DNA of 64,000 nucleotides from Gammaproteobacteria bacterium (GTDB lineage Bacteria; Pseudomonadota; Gammaproteobacteria; JAJFKO01): NCBI GenBank assembly GCA_028284465.1, contig JANQRR010000017.1, positions 27,948 to 91,947 of the forward strand, read 5' to 3'. Shown piece by piece: positions 63,311 to 64,000 of this stretch (position 1 is its first letter; each line of letters starts with the position of its first letter). The notes under the pieces were generated by a model. It saw only the letters and a program-made list of their open reading frames with translations, ran no database searches and was not told where the DNA came from. The position numbers and the translations under genes were made by a program.

Positions 63311-64000
63311 TTTGCTTAGCTTGTCTGCCAACAATGACTGTAGCAGTTTGCTGTGGCTTTATTTGACGTTTGAACGCACGCTGGATTTCACTCACAGTCA
63401 CCGCTTTAATTTTATCGCGAAAAGTATCAAAATACGTTAACGGTAAACGATAAAAACCAATGGTCACCACATTAGTGATCACCGCACTGTTGCTATCAAT
63501 CTGTAATGGAAAACTACCAATAATGTTTTTCTTAGCAAGAATCACTTCTTGCTCACTTGGCCCATTGCTAACAAAATTCTGTAATACTTTATCCGTGACT
63601 TTTAATGCTTGTTGGCTAGTCACATTCTGAGTTTGCAAACTTATGATAAACGGTCCTCTATCTTCAAGTGGCAGAAAATAACTATATACTCCATAAGATA
63701 AACCACGCTTTTCACGCACTTGTTTAAATAACCGCGATACTAAGCTGCCACCACCTAAAGTGTAGTTGCCGACATATAATGGAAAATAATTAGGGTTATG
63801 ATACGTGATCCCAATGGCACCGATGCGAATATGGCTTTGTTCAGAAGGATAATTAACTTTCTTAATTATTGCACGCGATATTGGTTTTACTGGCGGTAAT
63901 TTTTTCGCAGCTTTACCCGCAGGTAAATTCTTACTAATTAATTCTGCCATATGTTCTGCTTGCGCTTTTGATACTTTACCCACGATGGCAATAACAGCAT
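63300..64000 (-). CDS. M16-family (pitrilysin-like) zinc peptidase, C-terminal part; gene continues beyond the window end
   Basis: Peptidase_M16 C-terminal-domain-like sequence; reading frame open upstream to position 64000. Confidence 0.6.
   Translation of the reverse strand, partial: AVIAIVGKVSKAQAEHMAELISKNLPAGKAAKKLPPVKPISRAIIKKVNYPSEQSHIRIGAIGITYHNPNYFPLYVGNYTLGGGSLVSRLFKQVREKRGLSYGVYSYFLPLEDRGPFIISLQTQNVTSQQALKVTDKVLQNFVSNGPSEQEVILAKKNIIGSFPLQIDSNSAVITNVVTIGFYRLPLTYFDTFRDKIKAVTVSEIQRAFKRQIKPQQTATVIVGRQAKQNAS

Overview
This is a compact, AT-rich (about 38-40% GC by eye) chromosomal segment of a gammaproteobacterium, plausibly a Legionellales-like intracellular lineage; the taxonomic call is inference only. 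Most of the window is housekeeping. It holds a truncated, apparently cytoplasmic phoR plus phoB, then an LPS inner-core cluster (zf-CHCC ORF, waaF, waaC, GT2, waaG, a two-domain LPS kinase, waaP), with gyrB in an unusual position overlapping waaP. Next is a Bat/MoxR aerotolerance-type operon (moxR, DUF58, DUF4381, inserted DUF547, batA-D) with a Gln-rich tandem-repeat expansion in batC. A pyrimidine super-cluster follows: eukaryote-like split pyrE/pyrF divergent from carA-carB-pyrB-pyrI-pyrC. Then come hemH, cfa, hemD-hemX-hemY, thiolase, fumC, ubiA, asnS, dsbA, tsaE, an amiC-like amidase, a class B acid phosphatase, ubiE-ubiJ-ubiB, rsmD and a partial M16 peptidase. Accessory or unusual content: (i) a cassette at about 54.9-61.4 kb encoding a cNMP-binding protein, a HlyD-type membrane-fusion protein, two ABC transporters (one with an intact C39 double-glycine peptidase domain) and, just downstream with its own promoter and strong SD, a 45-aa precursor with a GG leader (MAKKLSEKRFENVSGG) and a 29-aa protamine-like Arg/Ser/Pro core (net +15), followed by a second Lys/Ser-rich 53-aa basic ORF; (ii) a 2204-aa low-GC, internally duplicated effector-like protein; (iii) a decayed S9-peptidase pseudogene next to an orphan PF01637-type ATPase and a duplicated thiolase 3' end; (iv) a 30-nt REP-like palindromic repeat present twice. 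No rRNA, tRNA, CRISPR or IS elements were recognised.
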